Shown here: piece by piece, positions 1 to 13,879 of the stretch | Position numbering within the stretch: position 1 is the first letter of the stretch | Layout: the number at the start of each line of letters is the position of its first letter | From: Haliotis rubra | Taxonomy: Eukaryota | Assembly: GCF_003918875.1 (NCBI RefSeq) | Contig: NW_025765381.1 | Span: forward strand, 372,001-436,000 | Length of the DNA: 64,000 bases | Reading direction: 5' to 3' | The notes under the pieces: model-generated | Databases searched by the model: none | What the model was told of the DNA's origin: nothing | Seen by the model: only the letters and a program-made list of their open reading frames with translations | Made by a program: the position numbers and the translations under genes

Positions 1-1888
1 AACAACGTGAACATACCGGTCCTACAAACAATCAGTGTAGTATAGTTTGTTTAACAGGAAATAATATAGAAACAAATATAAAACGTCACTTCAAAGGAAT
101 ACCCAGTCTGACTATTCTCAAAGACCTATTCTAGTTGATGTAAATGTATGTGAAAATTATATGAATGGAGCACTGAAAATCAATGATGACACCAGGTGTT
201 CGCGAAAAGGGTAAACACATTCGGCCCTACAGGTGACACCCATTACCCAATGAACTGAAGCATGTGTACCTACATCATATAATTATGCTTCTTGGTACGA
301 TGCATAACAAAACACATACAATATTTGGAATGGCGCTCATCGTAATCAAGATGATACTTTTAATAAGAAACTTATGATTGTATAAAAATACGAACCTATC
401 ACAGAAATCGAAATTTTATCCAGATATGCATTTACAAGGGCATGGACAACATAAATCATTTAATTTCAGCCATCAAGTTCATAAATCATAAACCAGTAAA
501 CTACATGGAACTTACCTTTTGCGACAAAGAAACTGAAACATATTGTCAGAACCACCACGTTCACATAGGTGGTGATTTGAGACTTCATTGTAGTATATTC
601 AGAATGGTTCCGGCAGGGAAGGGGTATATGTACAGCCAAGACTGTTGCTAATGAAAACACGTTAAATTTGGAGAGAGGACTTTATAAGACTTGCGTGGCT
701 GTCTGTGACCAATCAACGGAGTCGTGGGTGCACGCGGCAGATGGTCACATGACCCTTGTGTCGTCAGTCCGGGCGCTTTATGACTTGAGCGTAGAATCGA
801 AGCAATTGTTGACAAGTGGTAATGGCACAACAATGGCACACCCCCGTTTCTCGTCACGCCATGTTTGTTGGTAAACGGTAATTGGTCAGCGGTCTTCCCA
901 AAGCCTGGGCAGATGATCTTCTTGTGAGTGGTCTCTACTAGTTCCTGCTCAAGCAGAATGTTTCGTGACATGAGATTATGCTTCACGATAATAGCATTGC
1001 AAAATGGCAAATCGTTGTCGCTTATCCAAGACACCATCTATTATATGGTCTCTGCTTAACCGCACTTTGATATCTGAAACTATGAACAAATAGTTTTATT
1101 CGAGAACTAGTATCCATTTTTTATCTGAACCTTTCAGAAAAGTTCTATATGATAAGAAACAGGCTTAAACATGTTGCGTAAACAAGTGAGATTCGTCAGG
1201 TTTTTCTGTTGCTCTTCCTGTTTTAGTTGAAATACAGAGCCGCATGTCGGAATAAACGAGATTTGATATGGTTTCAGTGTTTGTTAAGCCTCAAGGTTTA
1301 GGGATCTGTTTACCACGCTGGACAAACAGCGTTTGAAATAGATTGTGTTGTCCAGTTTTTATATCATACATATCCGACATTCTACCAGAAATACACTTTT
1401 TAAGTTTCTCAAATTTCCATTGACTAAATATTGTGTTGACGTTCCAAAACCCACTTTTCTCAACACTTGTTTTCCACAAATATTGTGCAGTTGATAATCT
1501 AATCAGGTTTCTCGTAGGATAGTTCACAAATAAAGAAGTTACTGTTCTTTTCATCAGAAAATGGATAACTCTTGCAAGCGCTACAGATAAACACGATGTT
1601 TTCCGACGTCTACTGTTTATCAAAACAGGATCCCGATGTTCGTCATCATTTACGGTAAATTACGCTTCAAAGTTCATCTGGTACATAATGGCTCTTGTGA
1701 CCGATTTGTGACGTCCGGGCCATGAGGTAAGGCTGTAGTGGGCCACCAGTGCACATCCTGTCGTGCCCCGTCCTCTGGCCAGTGACCAGTCCTAGCTGAT
1801 ACGGTTCCTAACCGCTCCTAGTTTTAGATGCTGTGCATCATCGCCGTATCAACTGGGCACTGTGAACACATCGTCGCAGCACAGCTAT

Positions 1889-3567
1889 CAGTTGTATGCG
1901 TTGTATAAAACGTGGGCCAGGGTCGAGGAAACCACTCTGTCAGTTGTATGCGTTGTATAAAACGTAAGCCAGGGTCGAGGAAACCACTGGGTCAATTGTA
2001 TGCATTATAAAAAACGTGGGCCGGGGTCGGGTAGAGAAACCACTCTGTCAGTTGTATGCGTTGTATAAAACGTAAGCCAGGGTCGAGGTATGCATTGTAA
2101 CCAGAAACTCTGTCAGTTGTATGCATTGTATAAAACGTGGGCCGGGTCGAGGAAACCCCTCTGTCAGTTGTATGCGTTGTGTAAAACGTGGGCCAGGGTC
2201 GAGGAAGCCACTCTGTCAGTTGTATGCGTTGTATAAAACGTGGGCCAGGGTCGAGGAAACCACTCTGTCAGTTGTATGCGTTGTATAAAACGTGGGCCAG
2301 GGTCGAGGAAACCACTCTGTCAGTTGTATGCGTTGTGTAAAACGTGGGCCAGGGTCGAGGAAACCACTCTGTCAGTTGTATGCGTTGTATAAAACGTGGG
2401 CCAGGGTCGAGGAAACCATCAGTTGTATGCGTTGTATAAAACGTGGGCCGGGGTCGAGAAACCCCTCTGTCAGTTGTATGCGTTGTATAAAACGTGGGCC
2501 AGGGTCGAGGAAACCACTCTGTCAGTTGTATGCGTTGTATAAAACGTGGGCCAGGGGTCGTATAAAACGTGGGCCGGGGTCGAGGAAACCACAATGTCAG
2601 TTGTATGCGTTGTATAAAACGTGGGCCAGGGTCGAGGAAACCCCTCTGTCAGTTGTATGCGTTGTATAAAACGTGGGCCGGGGTCGAGGAAACCACTCTG
2701 TCAGTTGTATGCGTTGTATAAAACGTGGGCCAGGGTCGAGGAAACCCCTCTGTCAGTTGTATGCGTTGTATAAAACGTGGGCCAGGGTCGAGGAAACCAC
2801 TCTGTCAGTTGTATGCATTGTATAAAACGTGGGCCAGGGTCGAGGAAACCACTCTGTCAGTTGTATGCGTTGTATAAAACGTGGGCCGGGGTCGAGGAAA
2901 CCACTCTGTCAGTTGTATGCGTTGTATAAAACGTTCGAGGAAACCACTCTATGCGTTGTATAAAACGTGGGCCAGGGTCGAGGAAACCACTCTGTCAGTT
3001 GTATGCGTTGTATAAAACGTGGGCCAGGGTCGAGGAAACCACTCTGTCAGTTGTATGCGTTGTATAAAACGTGGGCCAGGGTCGAGGAAACCAATCTGTC
3101 AGTTGTATGCGTTGTATAAAACGTGGGCCAGGGTCGAGGAAACCACTCTGTCAGTTGTATGCGTTGTATAAAACGTGGGCCAGGGTCGAGGAAACCACCT
3201 GTCAATTGTATGTTGTATAAAACGTAAGCCAGGGTCGAGAAATCCACAATGTCAGTTGTATGCGTTGTATAAAACGTGGGCCAGTATGTGGGAAAACCAA
3301 TTGTCAGTTGTATGCGTTGTATAAAAACCACGTAAGCCAGGGTCGAGGAAACCACTCTGTCAGTTGTATGCGTTGTATAAAACGTGGGCCAGGGTGGAGG
3401 AAACCACTCTGTCAGTTGTATGCGTTGTATAAAACGTGGGCCAGGGTTGAGGAAACCACTCTGTCAGTTGTATGCGTTGTATAAAACGTGGGCCAGGGTC
3501 GAGGAAACCACTCTGTCAGTTGTATGCGTTGTATAAAACGTGGGCCAGGGTTGAGGAAACCACTCTG
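1889..3567. repeat. 52-bp minisatellite (CAGTTGTATGCGTTGTATAAAACGTGGGCCAGGGTCGAGGAAACCACTCTGT)n, about 32 copies
   Basis: Unit recurs at 52-bp spacing (e.g. 2165, 2217, 2269); the edges are degenerate and some units are truncated. Confidence 0.97.
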
Positions 3568-3709
3568 GCAGTTTGCGCAAAAATGTATATAAAGTATTAT
3601 TTTTTCTTCAAGCTATTCTTAGTTTTTTCCCCGTGTATTGAAATCCTCAAACTTAGGGAAAGCATGGACGCAACATTTGTAGTTTGTCCCAGTGTCTTCA
3701 CTCCAAAGT

Positions 3710-3798
3710 GGGGCATTGGCGTAGCCAAGTGATTAAAGCGTTCGCTCGTCACGCTGAAGACTCGGGTTCGATACCCCACATGGGTACAATGTGTGAAT
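3710..3798 (+). mobile_element. tRNA-derived SINE family 1, 5' half
   Basis: A box (TAGCCAAGTGA) and B box (GGTTCGATACC) followed by CACATGGGTACAATGTGTGAA, matching full copies such as 27314-27476. Confidence 0.85.
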
Positions 3799-4272
3799 AG
3801 AAGTGACAAAACCCTTTCCACATTCACAAGAAATCTCTGCCAAAAGCACAGTCGATTGTACAATTGTGACGATATCACGAGCAGGTATTTGTTTCAGCAG
3901 TATTACAGCTGTATGATGTTGTTTGTAAACAAATCGGGTCTGAACCAGACAATACAGTGATTGTCACCATGCAATACGATGACAGAGCATGTGTTAATGA
4001 ATCACTATGAAATAGTAATGATACCAAAGGTATGTGAGACGGTCTCACTTGTCTCCTCAATTTCAAGTTCAGGTGGGTAAATCAGTGGAAGGCAATTGGC
4101 AATTTGATGGTTATTGAACGATATTAAATCATCGATTTATCGGAAGCTTAAGTTAAACTTCTTGGCCAAATTACCTTGTTTTGATTTTGCCAACCCAAGC
4201 AGAAGTTCTGATTCATATGAATAAAGAAACAGATCCTCACAATTGGTGCCCATGGGGAGGCCTACTCCTTGG

Positions 4273-4335
4273 GTCCCCCGCCGTAATGTTGCTGGAATAT
4301 TGCTAAAAGCGGCGTAAAACTAAACTCACTCACTC
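4273..4335 (+). mobile_element. SINE family 1, 3' half with CACT tail
   Basis: GTCCCCCGCCGTAATGTTGCTGGAATATTGCTAAAAGCGGCGTAAAACTAAACTCACTCACTC matches the 3' end of full copies. Confidence 0.85.
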
Positions 4336-4423
4336 CAAAGAGTTAAGTTTAATCATGTCATGGATAAATGCACTGTGCTACTCGGAGCTCGTTCATCTGT
4401 GCACTTGCGTACAAAATGATTTC

Positions 4424-4580
4424 NNNNNNNNNNNNNNNNNNNNNNNNNNNNNNNNNNNNNNNNNNNNNNNNNNNNNNNNNNNNNNNNNNNNNNNNNNNNN
4501 NNNNNNNNNNNNNNNNNNNNNNNNNNNNNNNNNNNNNNNNNNNNNNNNNNNNNNNNNNNNNNNNNNNNNNNNNNNNNNNN
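4424..4580. other. Assembly gap (157 N)
   Basis: Run of n characters. Confidence 1.
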
Positions 4581-6780
4581 TCTATCAGGTGTATAAGTAA
4601 TAAATTTTATTTTTATATCTGCACAAGATCTTTCGCCGACTAAGTGTCGTCATAGGCGACGCATATATATATAGTTCAGCTAATTAGTTGCCTTGTTAAA
4701 TATTTGAAAGGAGAGTCTGTTCCTTATAACGTTGTTATTTGTTTGATATTGGCGGTATCTTTCCCAGACTCAAATATCTGCTTGCTGTTAAGGTAAAGGA
4801 ACTGTTGTGTACTGTACTAAATACAAATAAACAGAGCCTACGGAGAACTGTTTCTATGATCGACTGCCCACATTAACCAACTACTTTTAAAATTTAGTTC
4901 AACTTAATTTGGCACTCGACACTCGACAAACTAAACAAACCCAACTGTTTGTAGTGACAATGACTGTCGACGAGACTGATCGAAACACTGTCAAATTCTA
5001 GATTCGTCATATGCATAAGATATATGAACTCTTCACTGTTTTATTGTCTGTGAAACATTCAGATATAACTCTTTGGAAGAACATTAAGCGTTTAACTCAG
5101 TGGAGGATGGTTAAAATACCCGAGTTTGACTGGTCACCTTACATAGTGGATGGGATGGTAATTGCAGTTATGTATCTGTTTAACAATAATTGATACATCA
5201 AGTCTAAAGAACCTATAAAAACTACAGCAAACGAAAGATCACAAGAAATCTCTACTGAAGGCAGTGTCTTAAACTGTAACATGTACATATTAACCACGAT
5301 AAATTTGTGATGATGATGTGTGTTTACAAAAAAGTGCAGGTTTTGTGAGCCACCGGTTTCACTCATCACGAACACAAAAGGCAAGTCAATTGCATCAGTG
5401 TTTACACCGGTTGTGTATCCACACCGGTATAAAAGACAACCGACACAAAGAACCATCGAATTGAAGACAGTCTAGGCCAAACGCTTACCTCTGCACTTGT
5501 AGGGATTCATGAACGTAAATGTTGTGATAGAACCGATGCACTCTTGAGAACAGACAAGAAAACGACCCCGGTCTTCCGTAGTTACCAATATGCCATGGCA
5601 CCAGGGGAGTATGAAGGGCCATCTTTAAGTCAGTGAGGTCCTTATAAAAGTCTTTTTTGCCACACATGACCCAAATCATTCCTCGAGAAAAACTGCATGT
5701 GACACGATACAGACAGCACTCTGCCAACAGTGACACATATATGAAAGGAAGGACTTAGTTCAAGCTACCATGTCCTTTATCAATCAATCATTTATCACTC
5801 AATAAACGCGCCAATACGTTAAAGGAAGTGTTTTATCGTGTATTCTTCCTTTTTATCAATCTCTAAACTGAAATCATTAAATCTTAAACTTAATTCAATT
5901 TAATATTAAATCAATATAACTGTGAAGAAAAATACTTAGGCATGTTGCGTCAACAGTTTATGATCTTTTTAGTGTTGGTTCCAAAATATTGATATTTGCT
6001 TGGAAGCAGAGACGGGCAGTCTGTTGTTCACGATCTTGATTAAGGTTCATCAGAAAGCTGTCAAGTCGAATATAGGTCTTACTTAACCCTCTGTGTCAGG
6101 CTTAGTCAACCTTACTTCGGTCTTGAACCGCTAAGTCCAAGCTCTTTAGAGCCTCCTGTCCCATGTCGGCTATTGTCACCACTAGCTCCTTGCAGGGGGA
6201 TTTCGCTAGCAAATAGCCATATACATTGACCCAGTGACCTGATACCACAGTCAAGCTGTCCATCAGGCCACACAAGACATCAAACTAACAGTATACTGAG
6301 TATATAGATGAAACTTCACTAAGAGCGCAGCGTTGGTGTGCAGCATTACTACAATTAACCTCACCCCTCAGAACATCGCTGGTCCAAATGTTCGAGCTCA
6401 AGACCTCACAAACATCAATTCATACCCTGCATTTACAAACCTTCCCAATATGATAAGTCCATATTTGTACTGAAGCTTCCCAAAACCAGACATTTCTACC
6501 CCGATGCACACAATGCCTCAAACATACTTTTCGGCCATGCCTCACATCTTCATACTGACTTTGAGAGATTTGTAAAGATCACTGTTTAGTCGCTTTTTGA
6601 TCATACGTATTTTGGACATCCCCAGTCTGCAAAGTTAACGTTAGACGTTATCACCGTACAAATGGGGTGCGGATCATCGGGGTGAAACCCGTTTTATGAC
6701 TGTTGATCTACGTGACGCTCTTCAAACCAACAACTGAAAGTTAACGTCTTGAAGATCGCGTTAATGATGACAGCATACTT

Positions 6781-6813
6781 AGTGAGTGAGTGAGTGAGTG
6801 AGTGAGTGAGTGA
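6781..6813. repeat. (GAGT)n microsatellite
   Basis: About 8 tandem GAGT units. Confidence 0.95.
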
Positions 6814-7914
6814 GAGTTCATGGTCATCTTGATAATAACCCAAATGGATTCTAGGCCACATGGATTCTTCGCTGGGAAAGTGCAAAACTAGGACTCGAAC
6901 GCATGACCATAAGTTTTGGGTATACAGCGGCACCTGAGGTGAACCTTACAACCTTTTGACATACAAAAAGTACCAGTCCACTTGCTATCACTAAAACAAT
7001 ATCAAGTTGGTGTCTTAAAAGACAAAAACACTTTTTATTTCCGTTTGTCATGTTGAACATGGAAATAAAGCGAATATGATTGCGAGGTTTATTATGATTA
7101 ATTTCTATGTACTTGTTTTGCGACAAAGGTAACTAAAGATGTCAACACAACCTTGACTTAACCATTTCCAGTAATTTCCTGTATAGGAGCCCAGTGCAGT
7201 ATAATGCCATCATTCCCAAAATAGCATTGTGGTCCTTTAATGCTGTTCGTTGTCCGCGACCGTCATCGCGGGCTTGACCACGCGCGTTTATCACAGATAT
7301 TCGTGCTTACAACCTGATAATGTCCATAAAGTAGAACGCCCTTAGTTGCCTCACGTTCCAAGCAGCCGCTATCTTCATTAAATCGTTTATCAGTTCGAAC
7401 AGGGAGCGGCCGAGACGTAGCCTGCTGGGTTAGTTCATAAACAAGTGAAATAATTAGTATTTCGCAACAGCAGATTAAAAAAGCACGCACACTTGGCCAC
7501 ATACACGTGTTGGGTGACATATATCGCGTGTACCTCAACGTGGGGCTATATAGACATTTCTTTCTGATGGATACCACGTAGAAAACAGCTTTATATGATT
7601 TCTTCTTTCCAGCGTGGGTCGAAATGATAGCACGCATAGCCAGGCGCATAGCAAGCCAATTTTTTTCATGTAAGCCCGATAAGTTGCAAAGTTTTATAGT
7701 ATTGAGGACTTGCCCAACTTTTTTAGAAACAATCATATGTGTAAGCTCGGGCTTTTTTTCATAGTGGTAGTTACGCCCCTGATTGTTTCTAGCCCCGGAT
7801 AACGGGGCTCGATTCCTGTGGGTATACTATGTGCCTCGGTGATATACATTGACTTACTACACACTTAACAATTTAGTGCACTACCACTAACAAAATCGAT
7901 GGAGCGAAATTGAT

Positions 7915-8300
7915 GCTCTCTTTTCCTCCTTTACCTCTTCCCCCTCTCTCTTCCCATATCTGTCTTTTTCAAATGTGTGTCCCTTTTCTCCTCCCTCGAG
8001 CGTCTAACCCTCTTTATCCGTCATTCTCTCTCACAAACTCTCTGTATCTTTCCCTACCTGTCGTTTTCATTTTCTGTCCTTCTTTTCTGTTATTCTTACC
8101 CTCTTTATCGTTTAAGTTTAATTTGAATAACAACTTTTTATTTTATTGAATATCATAAACGTACACATTATTATCTGATGTTTGTTTTTTGTTCCTTTTA
8201 TCGCATTCTCTTGATCTCTTTGTTCTCTCTCACATCCCGTCTTCATTCTGTCCTCAATCTGTGCTATATTTTCAAATATTCTCTTAATACTCTCTTCTGT
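7915..8300. repeat. Polypyrimidine (CT-rich) low-complexity tract
   Basis: Strong C/T skew over about 400 bp. Confidence 0.8.
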
Positions 8301-8629
8301 GCTCCGTTCAAGGAGTGGCAATTGAACCATCAGACAGATCCACAAGCAGTTTCCAGGCCTTTACCATCGATCAAATCCTCCACGGCATCAAAGCATGCAT
8401 ATTAGACCATTCGTGAATTCATGAAGGCGCTCTACAGCCCGATAACACGTTAAGGCCTTTGACTGCCATAATTAAATTATATAATATATTCATTCATGCT
8501 CTTCTTAAACCCTTTATCACGCAATAACCGCACCCGCAAGGGAGTGTTTTCATCGCTTATTCCTCTTATAGAACACCTTCAAAATTGACTGTGCATATTA
8601 CTGATTTTGTTCCTATATTTAATTATTGT

Positions 8630-8810
8630 AGTGAGTGAGTGAGTGAGTGAGTGAATGAGTGAGAGAATGAGTGAGTAAGTGAGTATGGTTTTACGCCACT
8701 ATTTAGATTTATTCCAGCAATATCACGGCGGTGGACACCACAAATGGGCTTCACACATTGTATCCATCCGTGACGAGCGAACGCTTTAACCACTAGGCTA
8801 TCCCACCCGC
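8630..8810 (-). mobile_element. SINE family 1 (internally deleted) with expanded GAGT tail
   Basis: Reverse complement of the family-1 consensus, preceded by (GAGT)n. Confidence 0.88.
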
Positions 8811-10259
8811 GTCTCCTTTAATGTTTATAATTCATTAGAGAATACTTTAGAAGTTGAGACATGAAATGATTGAGGCGTGTGGTTTGAACAGTTCATATGA
8901 TGTTTAGTGCTTGATTTAATTGAACAACATCGATATTTGTTTGGGAGGGGAGAGGGGCACTCTCTGGCTTAATCAATATCCAACAGTAATCTGCCAGACG
9001 CAGATATTACTAAAGCCCAAGTGTCAAGCTTATACAACCTCACTACCTACCCAAACAACAATCAATAATTACGTGTACCAATTAACATGATTCATAAACT
9101 TGCTTCTCCGTTCACCTACATCATGACTTGTATAATCGATAGATAGGCATTGCAACATCGTGTCACCTTGAGTAAATATATGGCCATTTCAAAACTTCAT
9201 TAAGTCTAACGATGTAAACAAAATGTTTTGAAATATTGAAATTGCATTAACAACTAATCGATGATGCAGATTAACTCATTGCAACATTGTATCCACTACA
9301 ATGGTGAAATATACTCCAAATAAAGTTTGGCTGATGAAATTACACTAACGTTTGCTGGCCTTCGGGCGCCATGGAAGCACGTGTAATAGTTTTATGTCAC
9401 GACAAGGTTGGGGAGACTTTGAAGACGTGGGTCTTGCACGACGACGCCGAACCACTTTCCAATTCAGGAATTATACCGACGTTTCATCTGGAGGATAGAC
9501 AATTAATATAATGATTGATCGTAATGACCCCCACTGTGAGTTATTTCTAGTTATTACGTTTCAATAATTCATAAGAGTTGAAGATCAGTAGATCATAATT
9601 TGATAACATTTAACTGTAATAAAATGATTTGTAATGATAACGTATCAAAGAGTCCCCGTCAGCAGGGTGTTCACTTGTGTGGCGCATATATACCGAATGT
9701 GAACGCTACTGACATCTTCAAAGTAAATCGAAGGGCTATGATGAATTGGATACTGGAATGGGTGGTTCGTGTTTTGAAATCGACAAAATATATGGACTAG
9801 CCAAATCAATAATAATATAGTATACCCCTCGCTTATCCTGACACTTGTAGGATGAACAAAAGGCGTATATTTGAATCCACTGTCAGTGAAGTGCTGCTGC
9901 GCGCCACCGGGTTATCCAGTTTAGTGAGTCAATTATATTACTGTCCGATAGCATTTTTGAAACAAAGAAACAAAGCAAGAAATAATTTTGACAGATTGAA
10001 TTTGAGTTGACAAGTTTTGTTCTGGAAAGTTTTATGCACATGTTAAAAAAAGTTTACATTTTTAAATAGTTTTTTATCTAAACTATTATTTTAAAGTAGA
10101 TACAGGTATCAGTCACACACTGCATTAACATGAAGAGCAAATGGCAAGAAGACCAGAAGTTGTTAAACATATCGACTCTATTTGACATTTCAGCTGCACA
10201 TTTAGTAATATTATTCATAACAATCACGGACTTTGCATATTAATGTTTGGAAGGTTGGC

Positions 10260-10920
10260 AATCATTTCTGTTTATGGTCAAATATAGTCTTTTTGAAAAT
10301 CAAGATGATTATATTTAGTCGGTCATTGTTTCTCTCTGGAAAACCATTGAGAATCCTTTCTTTATTAAAATGAATTTTATTTGAGCTCTTTCATTCAGCC
10401 AACCTTCCAGTTTGGTCCACAGTTAGCCGTACATGATCACTTTCCCAAAATTAATGCTGCAATGTATCTGTTTTGTAGGAACAAAAGTCACATCTATATG
10501 ATTTGGAATTGCCCATTCTTTATATTAGTTGGTAGGATATGGTGTAAGATTTTGTACTGGAACCACTGGATGTTTGAATGGGTCTTGCACCGAAAAGGTA
10601 TCATGTTATATTTGGTCCATGTTTTGATAGGGATGTTACATTGTAACTCATGATCCCACTTATTAATGTGTTGGTTTTGATACAGTGTTTTCCAATAAGT
10701 GTTGAATAATAATCCCTTGATCCTTTGTTGTCTGTGCAAAGATGTCTTAGATTTACAGGAAAGATGCGTAATTCAACCTTATTTCTAAATCTCCAAATGA
10801 CTTGATTTATGTTTTTTGTCGTTTGTAGCAAACCATAATAAAGAATGATTTTGTTTTGAGACCGTATCTGTTTTTAAATTCGATGAAGTTTAGAAAACAC
10901 CCGTTTTCATCCAAAAGATG
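10260..10920 (-). mobile_element. L1/Tx1-clade LINE, degenerate 3' fragment of ORF2
   Basis: Minus-strand peptide WFQYKILHHILPTN followed by a decayed Cys/His motif (TLQH*FW..DHV), typical of the L1/Tx1 C-terminal zinc knuckle. Confidence 0.8.
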
Positions 10921-11580
10921 AAGTGCGGCTGTGCGCCACCTCGTTATCTGTTTAGTAAGTCAATTACTGTCCTATAGCATTTTTGAAACAAAGAAACAAA
11001 GCAAGAAATAATGTTGACAGATTTCGATTGATAAGTTTTGTTCTGGAAAGTTTTGAACTTGGTTCAAAACATGAACATGTTCAAAAAAGTTTAATCTTAA
11101 CTCACTATGCATCTCTTGTATGGTATAGATTCAAACCTCTGTCTTTATCCTCAGGTATCTAGAAAAGGGAAGCAGGTTCCAGTGTAAGTATTCTTGTTCG
11201 TGCAGAGACTGAGGGTCATATGTTTCGAAATAGCACCATGATTGAAATCAAAGGAGTTGTATTAGACAGTATTTGTACTAAAGTACAAAACAATTATATC
11301 TGCTGGCTATACTATTACATTCTTCTTGGATAGTTCAGATACAGATCTTCAGTCCTGTATGGACACTTTTCTATATTTTATCCCATATCAGGAATCAAAT
11401 GAATGCTTGGTTATTTCGTCCTTTGGTATGTGTGGTCGGTTTGTAATACAGCGTATGCTGTGTGCGGTAATCGTTGTGCTGTGCTTTGTTAGGCTGTGTT
11501 GTGTTGTCTTGGTAACGTTGTCTTGCGGTGTTTGGTCGTGTTGTGCTATGTTTTGACCTCATGTACTACATGTTTCATGT

Positions 11581-12316
11581 GCTACGATACAGTGTGTGTG
11601 GGTGCTGCGATACAGTGTGTCTGGGTGCTGCGACACAGTGTGTGTGGGTGCTGTGATACAGTGTGTGTGGGTGCTGCGATACAGTGTGTCTGGGTGCTGC
11701 GATACAGTGTGTCTGGGTGCTGCGATACAGTGTGTGTGGGTGCTGTGATACAGTGTGTGTGGGTGCTGCAATACAGTGTGTCTGGGTGCTGAGATACAGT
11801 GTGTGTGGGTGCTGCGATACAGTGTCTGGGTGCTGCGATACAGTGTGCCTGGGTGCTGCGATACAGTGTGTCTGGGTGCTACGATACAGTGTGTGTGGGT
11901 GCTGCGATACAGTGTCTGGGTGCTGCGATACAGTGTGCCTGGGTGCTGCGATACAGTGTGTGTGGGTGCTACGATACAGTGTGTCTGGGTGCTACGATAC
12001 AGTGTGTCTGGGTGCTGCGATACAGTGTGTCTGGGTGCTGCGATACAGTGTGTGTGGGTGCTGTGATACAGTGTGTCTGGGTGCTGCGATACAGTACTTC
12101 TGGGTGCTGCGATACAGTGTGTCTAGGTGCTGCGATACAGTGTGTCTGGGTGCTGCGATACAGTACTTTTGGGTCCTGCGATACAGTGTGTCTGGGTGCT
12201 GCGATACAGTGTGTCTGAGTGCTGCGATACAGTATGTCTGGGTGCTGCGATACAGTGTGTCTGGGTGCTGCGATACAGTGTGTCTGAGTGCTGCGATACA
12301 GTGTGTCTGGGTGCTG
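11581..12316. repeat. 23-bp minisatellite (GCTGCGATACAGTGTGTCTGGGT)n, about 32 copies
   Basis: Unit recurs at 11581, 11604, 11627 and onward. Confidence 0.97.
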
Positions 12317-13879
12317 TGCTATGTTGTGCTGTACTTTGTATGATCTTTGATGTACTTAGTAGTAAGGTGTAGTTGTATCTATATTGGGGGCTGTTTGGCT
12401 GTCTCCAAACTAAAACGGATGAGGTATGGATAACATGATGGTAACCCTTTCGTAGAACCCTCTTTTCATTGAATATTGCTGAAAACGACGTAAACACCCC
12501 AAACGTAACTGACTCCAAAGAACAGTGGAATATATACGGTATAAACATTGTCTTGTCACTGGTTCGAGTCCCAAAAGTGTCTATTGTGGAAAACAAATTA
12601 ATGGTGTCTGTCATCTGCTGTAATAATTCTGATAGCCGCTTCAACCCTACAATATAACTAACTTTACATTGTGCGCCTATACTTGGTCCATCGTCCTCGT
12701 ATGTTATAACATCTGACTGCACGTAAGCCATAAATGAGATGAACACACTAATCACCTCCACTTCCCCTGCCAGATATTTTGTTCATTTAATATCCGTTCT
12801 TTGCTTATCCAGACTATATTTGTAACGGTAGATATCGACCGATGGTGTGACGGAGAGCCAGAGGCCACGGGATGTCTATTTAAGTGTCGCTAGAAGAATA
12901 GATGCTGTAGAGTTGCCAATTAAACACCTTTCTGTGCTTTCAAACAAATAACCATCGACACACAAAACCTACTGTGGATCCTAAATGTTGGCAGATTTAA
13001 ATGCAGTTCAACGACGTCATATTTGATTGTAATCTGATCTCGCACAGTTATAACAGACAATATAGTTCCAAATTAAACTTGTTTTTCAGACACTTGTTTT
13101 CGGTTTGTTAGACGATTATTTTGATAATGATTACGAACACACTGAAATACGTAAGAGAATGTATCCAATAAGACTACAAAAGCTTATCTGGGTCACAGAG
13201 CTGTACTTTAATTCCTATGGGACGCATACATGTATGGAGGCGTACATGAGATTGCTGGTGGTGTATTACTTAAACGTTGAAATTTGGCCTTCATAATCTG
13301 TCCCACTGATCTGAACCAGAAGTCCAGACTCGAGCTTTTATCTGACATGAATTAGGCTGGATTCGGCTTTAGGAAGCAGACACACACACTCACGTTTTCA
13401 TGAAAATTATGTGAGTGTCGGTGCAACTGTAAAAGAGATAAAACCTATAGTGTATGGCTGGCATGCATACATTTTCGGCGACACCTGATATAGACAAGGG
13501 CGACGCTCTGGTTTTAAACACTGAAAGTGGTTATTTTAATTACCTTACATTTATGCTTGCATATGTTATCTGTAAGAGTATCGTTTCTATACGTGGATCT
13601 GTCAAACGGGAAACTAATTAATTGCAACTCATATAGATTCACGTCTGTAAATACGGTATGGTGTTTTCAAGAAGATTTCACAATATTATAATCCTGACGA
13701 ATTTTAATATAAAGGTTTTGCTTATGTTAATTGTTTTTTATCATTAGCATTCGACTTAATAATCTATAAAAACAGAAACATGCTGCAAAACACACTGAAT
13801 GCATCTCAGTATGGATAAAACTGATTTTCGTTGAGAGGTTACCTGTTTCTCACCCTTATCATTGATTCTATGACTCATG

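Noticed and set aside
648-1623. Cys-containing minus-strand ORFs, possibly a transposon remnant
   Set aside because: No recognisable motif, TIR or second copy to support a call
1889-3567. CRISPR-like array and the ORFs 2268-3732
   Set aside because: Head-to-tail repeats with no unique spacers and no cas genes, in a eukaryotic context; the ORFs are repeat artefacts
4355-4643. ORFs spanning the N run
   Set aside because: Artefacts of the assembly gap
7760-7782. hAT-like TIR (reverse complement CAGGGGCGTAACTACC)
   Set aside because: No partner TIR or TSD found in the window
11496-12761. Cys-rich or metallothionein-like ORFs
   Set aside because: They are translations of the 23-bp minisatellite, which is open in several frames
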